A DNA stretch of 64,000 nucleotides from Candidatus Micrarchaeota archaeon (GTDB lineage: Archaea; Micrarchaeota; Micrarchaeia; Anstonellales; Bilamarchaeaceae): contig JBBSVN010000012.1 of NCBI GenBank assembly GCA_038046765.1, forward strand, positions 57,025 to 121,024. Reading direction: 5' to 3'. This document shows, one piece after another, positions 18,144 to 27,352 of the stretch. Positions within the stretch are counted from its first letter, which is position 1, and each line of letters begins with the position of its first letter. The position numbers and the translations under genes are program-made. The notes under the pieces were generated by a model. The model saw nothing but the letters and a program-made list of their open reading frames with translations. It did not search any database and was not told where the DNA came from.

Positions 18144-19816
18144 CTTTTTTCATTAAGTTCAGCAAGTTCTCCAGTGTCAACGGTTTTCGCAATACTCTGG
18201 ATTTTAAGCGCTAAAACTACTGATACAACTACCAATACCAATATATCAAAAAGCGTAATTGCTTCGGATATAAGCGGGATGTCCACACCAAGCGCAACTG
18301 GTAAAAGTACAATTCCGTTTTCCATTATCAAAAATCCTAACATCTGTAAAAGAATGTGCGTTTTTGTTGAAATAATTAAAAGACCTATTAAAATTATTGA
18401 AAGTGCAATTGGTAAAACTATTCCTGCAGTCAGGCTTGAACCCACTAAAAATGATACGGAAATAAGTAACACTGAAATTACTAATGCTGTCGTAGTTGTA
18501 ACTGGCGCATCGATAAATAATGGGTCGATATCGATTAAGCTTCTTAATTTCACATTCGTGTGCTTTAGTACATCGGTTATTCCCTCTGGTGTGAGGTTCG
18601 TTTTATCAAGTAAATTCTCTCCTTTTGCCATCTGGTTAAAAATTCGATATATCAAAAGCGGTAAAATTATTACCTTTAAAATTACTGTAATGCCTAGTCT
18701 TAAATAGCTGTCAACTGAACCTGTTTTAACTGCTATAAGTGCAAAAATTATTCCAAGTGCAACGTTTTGCAATAAATATATCTCTATTCTTCTTTTGAAC
18801 GTCGCTCCAAAAAGGAAATATAAATTGCTTATTAGCATTACGCAAAGTAATATTGGGACTGTACCGTTTGCGTTTGGGTCTGGATTAATATGTATTAAAA
18901 ATGCGAATACTGCCAAATTCAAGGCAAAGACAAGAAGCTCGGCAACTTTAAATAATCTGACCTTGACGCTAAATGATTCAACTATTGCTGTAATTACTCC
19001 CAAAACTAGTACTGTTGCTAAAATTGCGGCTGTTCGGGATATCGGGTCGCTAAATAATGCAAGCGGAAAAAATAAATTTGCAAAAAGCGTGAAAAATAAA
19101 AACATTTTTGAAGCTTGCGCCCATTCTATAAGTCCAAGGCTTGGGCCAGAATTTTCAAGAATCATTGCCTCGTGGACCATTGTTAGTTCTAGGTGTGTAG
19201 CTGGGTTATCAAAAGGAAGTCTGCCCATTTCAGCTAGCATCAATATAAATAATGCGGCAGCTGCTAAATAAAATGTTGGCGAACTAAGAATTCCGAACCA
19301 GTTGTTTGGTCCATTTGCAGTGAATATCATTAAGTTGGTACTTCCTGAAAATAATACTAAAAATAAAATTGCTGCAAAAAGGACTGGTTCAATTAAAACA
19401 GAATATAATGATTCCCTGCTTGAGCCTAATCCTCCAAATGCGCTAGCTGCATCCAGGCCAGATAAGATTACTACAAATCTGCCTATTGCAAAAAGATAAA
19501 CGAATATTATTATGTCTGCTACAAATGGCGGAACTGCGGTAAATATTGGTAAAAGTAATGTTGCAGCTACTGTTGAAACAAAAATAAAAATCGGTGTCGC
19601 TAAAAAGATCCATGAACTAATATCGCTTCTAACTGTTCCTTTACTAAATAATTTTACAAGGTCGAAATATGGTTGTATTATTGAAGATCCGCTCCTACCC
19701 TGACAATATGCTTTGACTTTTCTTATGACTCCAACTAGGAGCGGTGAAAGCGCAAAAACAAATAAAATCTGTACAATCATTCCTAAAACTGAAGATATCA
19801 TTGTCATAAATATCAC
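18140..19816 (-). CDS. Fused HyfC (NuoH-like) and HyfE-like membrane subunit
   Basis: N-half: RKVKAYCQGRSG, QPYFDL, FGGLGSSRE, EMGRLPFDNPATHLELTMVHEAMILE (HyfC). C-half: LKVIILP, QMLGFLIMENGI, EAITLFDI (HyfE). One uninterrupted ORF. Confidence 0.85.
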   Translation of the reverse strand: MIFMTMISSVLGMIVQILFVFALSPLLVGVIRKVKAYCQGRSGSSIIQPYFDLVKLFSKGTVRSDISSWIFLATPIFIFVSTVAATLLLPIFTAVPPFVADIIIFVYLFAIGRFVVILSGLDAASAFGGLGSSRESLYSVLIEPVLFAAILFLVLFSGSTNLMIFTANGPNNWFGILSSPTFYLAAAALFILMLAEMGRLPFDNPATHLELTMVHEAMILENSGPSLGLIEWAQASKMFLFFTLFANLFFPLALFSDPISRTAAILATVLVLGVITAIVESFSVKVRLFKVAELLVFALNLAVFAFLIHINPDPNANGTVPILLCVMLISNLYFLFGATFKRRIEIYLLQNVALGIIFALIAVKTGSVDSYLRLGITVILKVIILPLLIYRIFNQMAKGENLLDKTNLTPEGITDVLKHTNVKLRSLIDIDPLFIDAPVTTTTALVISVLLISVSFLVGSSLTAGIVLPIALSIILIGLLIISTKTHILLQMLGFLIMENGIVLLPVALGVDIPLISEAITLFDILVLVVVSVVLALKIQSIAKTVDTGELAELNEKR

Positions 19817-21792
19817 ACCATAACTGCGTAAATAAGAATTGCAACCATGACAAATAGCATGTACATCAAGTAATGTAATAATTTTCCTGTCTGGAATATT
19901 GAAGACCTGGACGAAATTGCTCTAAATCCATTTTCTATTGGCTTATAAATAACTGCCTCGAAAAATGCAGGCCCATACGCATTCTTTTCTGTATTAAGCG
20001 GATTAAGCCATCTGTTTAATGCCCTTTGAATTGGCATTGAAATTCCTATTGGGGTATATTCCATTTTTGATTCTACTTTATGTATTCCGCAATCCCATGT
20101 AACCCTAGTAACATCATTTGCTTTTGTAAATGCTCGAATAATCCAGAGGAATGCAAAAACTGCAATTGTCGCCCCTAATAAAACCAATACGATTCCAAAT
20201 GAAGGAAGGGTAAATACAACTTTTGATGTTGCGCTCATATCGCTAATATTTAACTTTGCAAACATCGGGCTAATTATCGAAAATATTATTGTTGGGAAAA
20301 CTCCCGCTATAATACACGCAATTACTAGTATGATCATTCCTATGTGCATTAACGAACCTACTTCTTTAGCGTGTTCAACATGTTCGCTTCTAGGTAATCC
20401 TAAAAATACCATTCCAAATGCCTTAACAAAAGCTGCTAATGCCAGTGCACTTGTAAATGCGAGGACTAAAACAACTGCACCAAATAAGAATGCAATTAAT
20501 TTAGGAAGTGCTAATCCTGACAAAAGTGCCTGGAACATAGTCCATTCGCTTGCAAAACCATTTAATGGTGGCAAAGCAGAAATTGCTGCTACGCCGACAA
20601 AGAACAAAATTGCAACTACTGGTAGTTTCTTTATCAACCCACCCATTGCGTTCATGTCTTTAGTGTGTGTTGCGTAAGCAACTGCTCCTGCTCCTGTAAA
20701 TAAAAGACTTTTGAAAAGCGCGTGATTTAATGAATGGTAAAGTGCTGCAAATAATGCTAATGCTGCTAATGCGTCCATGTTTAAACTATGAAATAATACT
20801 GCAGCTCCAATTCCTAAGAAGATAATTCCTATGTTTTCTACACTTGAATAAGCGAGAAGTCGTTTTAAATCTTTTTGAATTATCGCATATAATACTCCGA
20901 ATACGCAGGACACTGCTGCTAATAATAATAATAAAATTCCCCACCAGAAATGGAATGGAGTTGCACCTAAAAAGTCAAATAATACCCGAATTATTCCGTA
21001 AATTGCTACTTTTAACATTACTGCGCTCATTAAAGCGGATATATTACTTGGTGCCTGGGGGTGTGCTTCTGGTAACCATGTATGAAATGGCATTAAACCA
21101 GCTTTTGATGTAAACGCGATTACTGCCAACACAAAAATGATACTTGCTAACATGGGTGTTAAACTAATTGTTCTAAATCCGGCAAAGTCCATGTTTCCTG
21201 AAAATCCAGTGAAAACCAGGAACATTAAAATTAATGCAACTGCACCGATATGCGTTATTAGTAAGTATATAAAACCAGCATCTTTTGTTTTTGCTTCCTT
21301 GCTTTCATATGTTACAAGGAAAAATGAGCTAAGTGCCATTAGTTCCCAAAAAATTAAAAAAAGAAGACCGTTTTGAGAAGTTACAACTGCAATCATAGAC
21401 AAAATAAAAATATTATAAAGAAAACCAAATAACGCGTTACTATATCCTTTTTCCTGGTACTCTTTCATGTAATCTATTGAATATATCGAAACTGCTAGTC
21501 CAACTAAAGAAATTAATAATATGAAAAATCCAGAAAGCGCGTCAATACTAAAAGTTAAATTTCCAATCGGGGCAAAATTTCCCAAGTTTAATGGTGCAAT
21601 ATTTGTGCCCATCATTACCATAAGCCCAGCTATTACTCCAATAATGCAACCTAAGATTGCAAATAAAAATGAAAGTTGCCTGCATAAATTTTTCCATTTG
21701 GATAAAACAAGCGACACTAAAGAACCAAATAAAAATAAAACAAAAAGGCCTAATAAACTCTGAGCGGTAAAAAGTTCAATCAAATTAACCAT
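19813..21792 (-). CDS. hyfB: Proton-translocating antiporter-like subunit (HyfB-like)
   Basis: FWELMALSS, SKAGLMPFHTWLPEAHPQAP, MLKVAIYG, KRLLAYSSVEN, NHALFKSLLF, LPPLNGFASEW, TWDCG. Confidence 0.9.
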   Translation of the reverse strand: MVNLIELFTAQSLLGLFVLFLFGSLVSLVLSKWKNLCRQLSFLFAILGCIIGVIAGLMVMMGTNIAPLNLGNFAPIGNLTFSIDALSGFFILLISLVGLAVSIYSIDYMKEYQEKGYSNALFGFLYNIFILSMIAVVTSQNGLLFLIFWELMALSSFFLVTYESKEAKTKDAGFIYLLITHIGAVALILMFLVFTGFSGNMDFAGFRTISLTPMLASIIFVLAVIAFTSKAGLMPFHTWLPEAHPQAPSNISALMSAVMLKVAIYGIIRVLFDFLGATPFHFWWGILLLLLAAVSCVFGVLYAIIQKDLKRLLAYSSVENIGIIFLGIGAAVLFHSLNMDALAALALFAALYHSLNHALFKSLLFTGAGAVAYATHTKDMNAMGGLIKKLPVVAILFFVGVAAISALPPLNGFASEWTMFQALLSGLALPKLIAFLFGAVVLVLAFTSALALAAFVKAFGMVFLGLPRSEHVEHAKEVGSLMHIGMIILVIACIIAGVFPTIIFSIISPMFAKLNISDMSATSKVVFTLPSFGIVLVLLGATIAVFAFLWIIRAFTKANDVTRVTWDCGIHKVESKMEYTPIGISMPIQRALNRWLNPLNTEKNAYGPAFFEAVIYKPIENGFRAISSRSSIFQTGKLLHYLMYMLFVMVAILIYAVMV

Positions 21793-22160
21793 ATTCTAAC
21801 CTACAGTTGGATTTTTTTGAATAATACCTAATACTTAGAAAGGTAAGTTTTTAAATTAAACACTTGGGCGTTTCGAGCTAAAAATTAGATTTTTTATATC
21901 TCGTTTATTCTAAAATCAATCAAAATCAAGATACGGTATCCAAACTAAATATATTTGGAACTGCTTATAAATACTTCGCTGATAAATCGCCACTAACTAC
22001 AATTAAAAAGACAATGCATCAAAGTTTTATAAAATCGATAAACGAATTGAAAATAAAAATTAAAATTTGTGTATCATCAATTTAACATAGGTTTATAAAC
22101 ACTTTTAGACAGAAATTATCATATATCTTTCAAACAAGTAAAATAAAACAAGGCAAGAAA

Positions 22161-23396
22161 ATGTCTGTAGATTTAAGAAGAATTAGTCACAAACTTAAAT
22201 TAAGCGAAATGGATATAAGTGCAATCCCAAGTCTGCGTAGATCTACTACCCCGTTATCTATTCCTCAGTCTGCTTTTGAAATATTTCGTGGCTTTAGCCT
22301 ATTTAATGAAAGGATTAGGCCAACTAAACTTCTAGGTGTACGTTTTGAACGAGTTGCTGGTCAGGCCTTTGACAAAAAGGATTTGCATTCCAGGGAAGCT
22401 ATAAGAAGAAATTTATTAAGCATAAAACAAAAAGGTGCATTTTTAATTTTAGGTCATGGTGGGGAAATTGGTTGTGGTGCAATTAAGGGAAAGCAAAATC
22501 CAAATCCATCCCAACCTCAATTAGTAAAAGATTTAGTTGAGCATATATCCGAAAGAGTCATAGGATTAGATGATTTGCAGTATGCTGCTTCTATAGAAAA
22601 TGCTTTATTTCAAGGCATAAAAATTTTACACGATCCTGAATTTGCAGCAATAATTAAAGAAAAAGATATTACTGTTGTTTATGCTGTTTGCAATGGTGAT
22701 GCCAACTATTCCTATAATGCCTTAAATAAAGGGCTTAATGAAAATGCACTTCTATTTAAGCACCCAAAGTTACAGCAATTAAGAGAACAGTTCCAGCATG
22801 GGTTAGCTAAAGTTTCAGAATTTGGCATAGATCTTAAGAAACAGTATGCTTATGCTGCATTTGGTTATGATCCAGCTGAACTTGCATCTGTAATAGATAA
22901 ATATAGCACTGAAATCGAACTAGGGGGGGTATGCTGTGTTGATTCAAGACTTCCACCACATACTGGTGTTTACTATTTACTTCGAATTGAACCAAATGAA
23001 GCCTTTTCAGGAACATTTCATCATTCAATTAGGCCTGATGGTGTTTATCAACCAATAATTTCTAAATTAGCGGCTGGGAGTATAGAATTTGGTCTTCAAA
23101 ATGTTTGTGGAATAAATAGTCTAAATCCCGATAATCCTGGAAATGGGCATTTAGTTATGCTTGCAACTAGTCTAGCTAATGCAAGAAAAATGAAAGAAAC
23201 TGTACTTCAATTCTCTGGTACTGCTCGCGCAACAAAAGATGGAAAAACAATTTCACTACTTAGTTTTGATGGAAAAGAGTTAGTAATGCAAAATGATTCT
23301 CTTGGTTTTGATTTGGTTGCATCTTATGATTCTCCCGCTCAAATACTTACGCGACCTCCATCTGAATTTGCAGAACTTATGGATCAACGAGCCTAG
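22161..23396 (+). CDS. Third tandem-domain beta-carbonic anhydrase paralog with split Zn-ligand motifs
   Basis: N-domain VAGQ and LGHGGEIGCGAI; C-domain QYAYAAFGYDP, CCVDSRLP, GSIEFGL, GHLVML, ATKDGKTISLL, aligning with the two paralogs at 12-14.5 kb. Confidence 0.7.
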   Translation: MSVDLRRISHKLKLSEMDISAIPSLRRSTTPLSIPQSAFEIFRGFSLFNERIRPTKLLGVRFERVAGQAFDKKDLHSREAIRRNLLSIKQKGAFLILGHGGEIGCGAIKGKQNPNPSQPQLVKDLVEHISERVIGLDDLQYAASIENALFQGIKILHDPEFAAIIKEKDITVVYAVCNGDANYSYNALNKGLNENALLFKHPKLQQLREQFQHGLAKVSEFGIDLKKQYAYAAFGYDPAELASVIDKYSTEIELGGVCCVDSRLPPHTGVYYLLRIEPNEAFSGTFHHSIRPDGVYQPIISKLAAGSIEFGLQNVCGINSLNPDNPGNGHLVMLATSLANARKMKETVLQFSGTARATKDGKTISLLSFDGKELVMQNDSLGFDLVASYDSPAQILTRPPSEFAELMDQRA

Positions 23397-23405
23397 AATA
23401 AGTAA

Positions 23406-24593
23406 TTATAATCCAAAATTCTTCTTCATAATCTGCGAAACGATTTTTGGTTCTAAGCCTAATCTGATTAAAGTCGTATGTCCTCTTTGACCTTTTGTAC
23501 TAGGTGTTGTCATAATTAAACCTAAGGTTTCTAAATCTTTTAAGTATTCATGATACCATCTAACGCTTCTAGCTCTCTTCTTTAATTTCTTACAAATTAG
23601 TTCGTATTCTTCGTAAACTTCGCCAGACATTAAGAAGTTTTCTTCTCCAACATCAAGCCTAGAATACTTTGTACCATTTAAAATTAAATCTGAAATTGCC
23701 AGTAAAAGCATCTGGTGGTTTTCTGGTAAAGTTGCAAGTGTTTCCTGTGCAATATCTAATTCTACCTTTCGTCTTGCTGATTCAACTTCCTCATCAGTTA
23801 CTTTTGTTTTATTATTTTGTTCAGCAGATTCTCCTGCTTTAAGGAGTATTTTTAACGCATATCTAGCATCCCCGCTTTCTTGCGCTGTTATTGCTGCTGC
23901 CAGATTTATTGCAGATTGCTGTACTACATTATCCTTAAATGCTTTTTCAGCGCGCTGTGCTAAAATCTTTTTTAATTGCTCGCTAGTATAAGGAGGAAAA
24001 ACTATTTCAGTTTCGTTTAAACTGCTTTTACTTCTTTGGTCTAAACCCTGCTTAAACGTAAGTTTGTTTGAAATTCCGATTAGCGATACGCCTCCTTTAC
24101 GAAGTTCGTCATTTACCCTAGTTAATGTGTAAACCATGTCGTCAAGATCTTTTATTATATCAATTTCATCAAGTACAACTATCATTACGATTCCTTTATC
24201 GCAAATCTCAATAAGTTTCTCGTATAAAAAGGTTAATCCAAATCCTGCTTTTTCAAGTTCTGGTACAAACTGCTTTAGGATTTTTTGCATTACCCTATAT
24301 CTTGAATTATATATTCTGCAATTGACATAACTAATATACGCGTTATTTCTTGAAGAGCCAAATTTTTCCATCACATGTTTTACTGTTGCTGTTTTTCCGC
24401 AACCTGTTTTGCCGTATATAAAAATGTTTTTTGATCTTTGGCCTTTAATCGCGGGACTAACTAGGGACATTATTTCCTTTATTTCTTTTCCACGAAACGG
24501 CAGTGCTTTTGGTACGAAGTGTGGTGAAAGTATCGATGCATCCTTAAATACTTTACTCTCTGTTAAAAATTCGTCAAAGGAGTCTTCGGTCAT
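23406..24593 (-). CDS. cdc6: Cdc6/Orc1 replication initiator
   Basis: LPFRGKEI, GKTGCGKT, YVNC, VLDEID, FPPYT, GDARYAL; C-terminal wHTH. Confidence 0.95.
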   Translation of the reverse strand: MTEDSFDEFLTESKVFKDASILSPHFVPKALPFRGKEIKEIMSLVSPAIKGQRSKNIFIYGKTGCGKTATVKHVMEKFGSSRNNAYISYVNCRIYNSRYRVMQKILKQFVPELEKAGFGLTFLYEKLIEICDKGIVMIVVLDEIDIIKDLDDMVYTLTRVNDELRKGGVSLIGISNKLTFKQGLDQRSKSSLNETEIVFPPYTSEQLKKILAQRAEKAFKDNVVQQSAINLAAAITAQESGDARYALKILLKAGESAEQNNKTKVTDEEVESARRKVELDIAQETLATLPENHQMLLLAISDLILNGTKYSRLDVGEENFLMSGEVYEEYELICKKLKKRARSVRWYHEYLKDLETLGLIMTTPSTKGQRGHTTLIRLGLEPKIVSQIMKKNFGL

Positions 24594-24666
24594 ATTTTTC
24601 ACTGTTATTTTTGTATAATCCCTTTAGCTAGTAAGAAATATAAACTACTTTATCAAAGAATTTAAT

Positions 24667-24828
24667 TTAATCAAGCATCTTTTTCTGCTGTTTTGACCAT
24701 ACTTGGTTGGGTGTTCTCTTAAGCCATGCAACGTATGCATCTATGAATCGTAATCTCTCTTCAAAATTTTTCTTTTGATCATTTCTTAGTTCATTGAGGT
24801 CTATATTAATGTTAAGATTTTTTTTCAT
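24667..24828 (-). CDS. Small 53-aa protein overlapping the upstream nucleotidyltransferase gene
   Basis: Below the ORF-track cutoff; hand translation MKKNLNINIDLNELRNDQKKNFEERLRFIDAYVAWLKRTPNQVWSKQQKKMLD; preceded by GGTGA; overlaps the upstream gene's end. Confidence 0.6.
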   Translation of the reverse strand: MKKNLNINIDLNELRNDQKKNFEERLRFIDAYVAWLKRTPNQVWSKQQKKMLD

Positions 24829-25435
24829 AATCATCACCTAAATAACTTAACATCTGACTGGGAATTTTTAACACGAATAGTGCTCCTTCAAATATTCTTC
24901 TATCAAGTTCCTTATTAAAAAGTTTATATAAAAATCTGGCATCTTCAATGTCTTTCTGAGCTCCTAAAAATAATTTGTATGCAATCTGAAGTTCAAAGGA
25001 TGAAAAAAACATTCGATATTTGTTATTTAAGTTTATTTGATTTTTTGTTTTAAGTGTTAGCTTGTCAAAATCATTTTTTACAAACTTAAGTTCCATGTTT
25101 GGGATAAAGTTATTCTTTTCATAGAATCTTAATGAAGAATCATTGGATAAATACTCCTTGTAGGCATCCTCCTGATTCTTAGCGTTCATACATTCAAATT
25201 TTTGCATTGTCAAACTCCAGAATTCCTGGAATTTTTTTGAGTCACAACGCTCTATTAAAATGTCAACGTCTTCTGTGTTCCTACTTCTACCAAAAAATAT
25301 TCCGACATATCCTGATACTATTACGTAATCTATGCTTGATTTATCTAACAATTCTATAAACGCTAATACAAAGTTGTCCAAACTAAGAAGCTCTTTTCTA
25401 ATACTTATGTTACCTTTTACGTATTCAATTTCCAT
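24812..25435 (-). CDS. Pol-beta-superfamily nucleotidyltransferase-like protein
   Basis: YVIVSGYVGIFFGRSRNTEDVDIL and YKLFLGAQKDIEDA motifs. Confidence 0.7.
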   Translation of the reverse strand: MEIEYVKGNISIRKELLSLDNFVLAFIELLDKSSIDYVIVSGYVGIFFGRSRNTEDVDILIERCDSKKFQEFWSLTMQKFECMNAKNQEDAYKEYLSNDSSLRFYEKNNFIPNMELKFVKNDFDKLTLKTKNQINLNNKYRMFFSSFELQIAYKLFLGAQKDIEDARFLYKLFNKELDRRIFEGALFVLKIPSQMLSYLGDDYEKKS

Positions 25436-25509
25436 AATCTAATTGTTCCTTCTATGCTTATATTTTATTCGGTTAGCAGGTCAAAATTACAAATCTAAAT
25501 AATCCGTAA

Positions 25510-26256
25510 TTATACTCTTTCTCCTGCCAAAAATCCAACTAAAAATCCTATAAACGCGGCAGCCAGTCCAATAACCATCATTTCTAAGCCCGTTTTCCAC
25601 CACGTTCCTAATGTAGTTTTACCTTTGTATGCGCCTATTGCAAATAGGCTAATTGCAGATACAAAAAGCGATACATAAGACGCGCTAACAACATTCATAA
25701 AGAAAAATGGCGTAAGCGGAATTAATGAACCGACAAATGCCGAGATACCAACAACAATTCCTTCTTTTGTCGGGTTAATATCTGCGCTTTCGGATAATCC
25801 TAATTCTTCGGTCATCATTGTTTCTAACCAAAGTTTTTCATCGCTTATTATGTGCTTTACAATTCCTTCAAGGTCTTTTCCTTTAAATCCCTTTTTCATA
25901 TAAATTAGTTTTATTTCCTCTTTTTCAACATCAGGGAATTCTTTTATTTCTTGTCTTTCGCGCTCTAGTTCTTTATAGTAAAAATCCCTTTGAGCTTTTC
26001 CAGAGGTATATGCCACTGCGGCCATACTTATTGATTCGGCAAAAGTAGCAGCTAATCCACCTACAATTACTGCGCCCGCAGCAATGTTCGTGTTAACAAT
26101 CGCAGCTGCGGCTAGTCCTAAAACAATTCCTAAAACATTTACTAAGCCGTCTTGTCCGCCTAGTATTACCTGACGTAGTAAAGAACCCTTGTCATTTTGA
26201 GGGTGTTCTTCTTTGTGAATAATATTTTTGTATGCCTGTTCTAAGGATTTTGCCAT
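25510..26256 (-). CDS. VIT1/CCC1 family Fe/Mn transporter
   Basis: LRQVILGGQDGLV, AESISMA, ERERQEI..P..EKEE, EELGL, GSLIPL; start taken at ATG 26256. Confidence 0.92.
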   Translation of the reverse strand: MAKSLEQAYKNIIHKEEHPQNDKGSLLRQVILGGQDGLVNVLGIVLGLAAAAIVNTNIAAGAVIVGGLAATFAESISMAAVAYTSGKAQRDFYYKELERERQEIKEFPDVEKEEIKLIYMKKGFKGKDLEGIVKHIISDEKLWLETMMTEELGLSESADINPTKEGIVVGISAFVGSLIPLTPFFFMNVVSASYVSLFVSAISLFAIGAYKGKTTLGTWWKTGLEMMVIGLAAAFIGFLVGFLAGERV

Positions 26257-26410
26257 AATTAGTTTTTTGCAGTCCTCTTTTTTAAACATCTGGGTTTTTG
26301 CAGTCTTACTATAATATTTAAAAGCATACATGAGATATTATTTGTAAGGTTATTTGGGTGTGTTTCCTAAAATAACTAGTATGATCATAAAAATTTAAGG
26401 TGATTTTAAT

Positions 26411-26692
26411 ATGGCAGATGATAGTAAAACAATGGCAGCAGTAGCATATGTATTAACCTCGCTTACAGGCATATTGGTATTCTTCATGAAGAAGGATGAT
26501 GCTTTTGCAAGATTCCACGCAGTTCAAAGTATTTTGCTTAGTGTCGTTATGATTGTTGTGTCAATGCTTACATTTGGTATTGGCGGTTTGATTCTATACG
26601 TATATGGATTATTCTGTGCATACAAGGCATACCAAGGAGAAAAGTATATGATTCCAGTAATTGGAAAATATGCTGAACAATACGCTAAATAA
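26411..26692 (+). CDS. DUF4870-like small membrane protein
   Basis: AAVAY, FARFHAVQS, KAYQGEKYMIPVIG. Confidence 0.8.
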   Translation: MADDSKTMAAVAYVLTSLTGILVFFMKKDDAFARFHAVQSILLSVVMIVVSMLTFGIGGLILYVYGLFCAYKAYQGEKYMIPVIGKYAEQYAK

Positions 26693-26716
26693 ATTTTAAT
26701 TTTCTTTTTAATTTTT

Positions 26717-27352
26717 TTATTCTTTTATTTTTCTAATTTTTGAATTCTGAAGTATGGGGACATCTAAATTATAAGTTTTGCTAAATGTTTCTAGCCTTCT
26801 TATAAATAACTGCTTCAGTTCCTCTGAAAGTTTTTGTGAATTTAATTCTTCTAAGATATTATTCCAGTTAAGATTTGAATATAAAACCTCCATGTCGGGT
26901 AAATCTCTTTGTCTGCCTTCACTAGCTAGCCCTTTAAAGAGAAAAATATCTTCTTTTGAAAGCAAATAAACAGATAATTTCGAATATGTTTTATATAATT
27001 CTGACCTACCTATCATCGATTCAGATATTGTGAGTTTTCCAACTACCTGGCGTATAAATAAGTCGAGATGAAACCCATCTTTATTTTCGTACATTTTTAC
27101 AGTATTGAGTTTTTCATGTTCGCTTTTTATTGTTCTTGGCTCGTAGTATTGCGCACCAAATAAAGCCCAGCAAAATGCGTCATAATCTGTTTCATCCTTA
27201 AATACAATATCGATGTCCTTAGTAGTTTCTTTTAAATTCCTAAAGGACATTGCACATCCCCCTATAAGGTATATTGAAACCTGTCTTTGAATTCTTGAAC
27301 CAATATTGTTTAGTTCATGGTCAATATAAGACGCATCGAATTGTCTATCCAT
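26717..27352 (-). CDS. Nucleotidyltransferase-like protein (DUF6036/AbiEii-like)
   Basis: YLIGGCAM, TTKDIDIV, LFKGL..RQRDLPD. Confidence 0.7.
   Translation of the reverse strand: MDRQFDASYIDHELNNIGSRIQRQVSIYLIGGCAMSFRNLKETTKDIDIVFKDETDYDAFCWALFGAQYYEPRTIKSEHEKLNTVKMYENKDGFHLDLFIRQVVGKLTISESMIGRSELYKTYSKLSVYLLSKEDIFLFKGLASEGRQRDLPDMEVLYSNLNWNNILEELNSQKLSEELKQLFIRRLETFSKTYNLDVPILQNSKIRKIKE

Noticed and set aside
14560..21792. Annotation as hydrogenase-4 / formate hydrogenlyase
   Set aside because: Both NiFe CxxC motifs and all small-subunit Fe-S Cys are absent; no hyp maturation, fdh or ferredoxin-like subunit genes are in the window.
12040..23396. Annotation as a canonical DabAB/MpsAB pump
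   Set aside because: The CA-like proteins are about 340-450 aa tandem beta-CA domains rather than the much larger DabA/MpsB, and the membrane part is a full Ehr set; the analogy is functional only.
21793..24666. Replication origin near cdc6
   Set aside because: No repeated ORB-like (TCCA..GAAA plus G-string) elements found by eye in the intergenic regions on either side.
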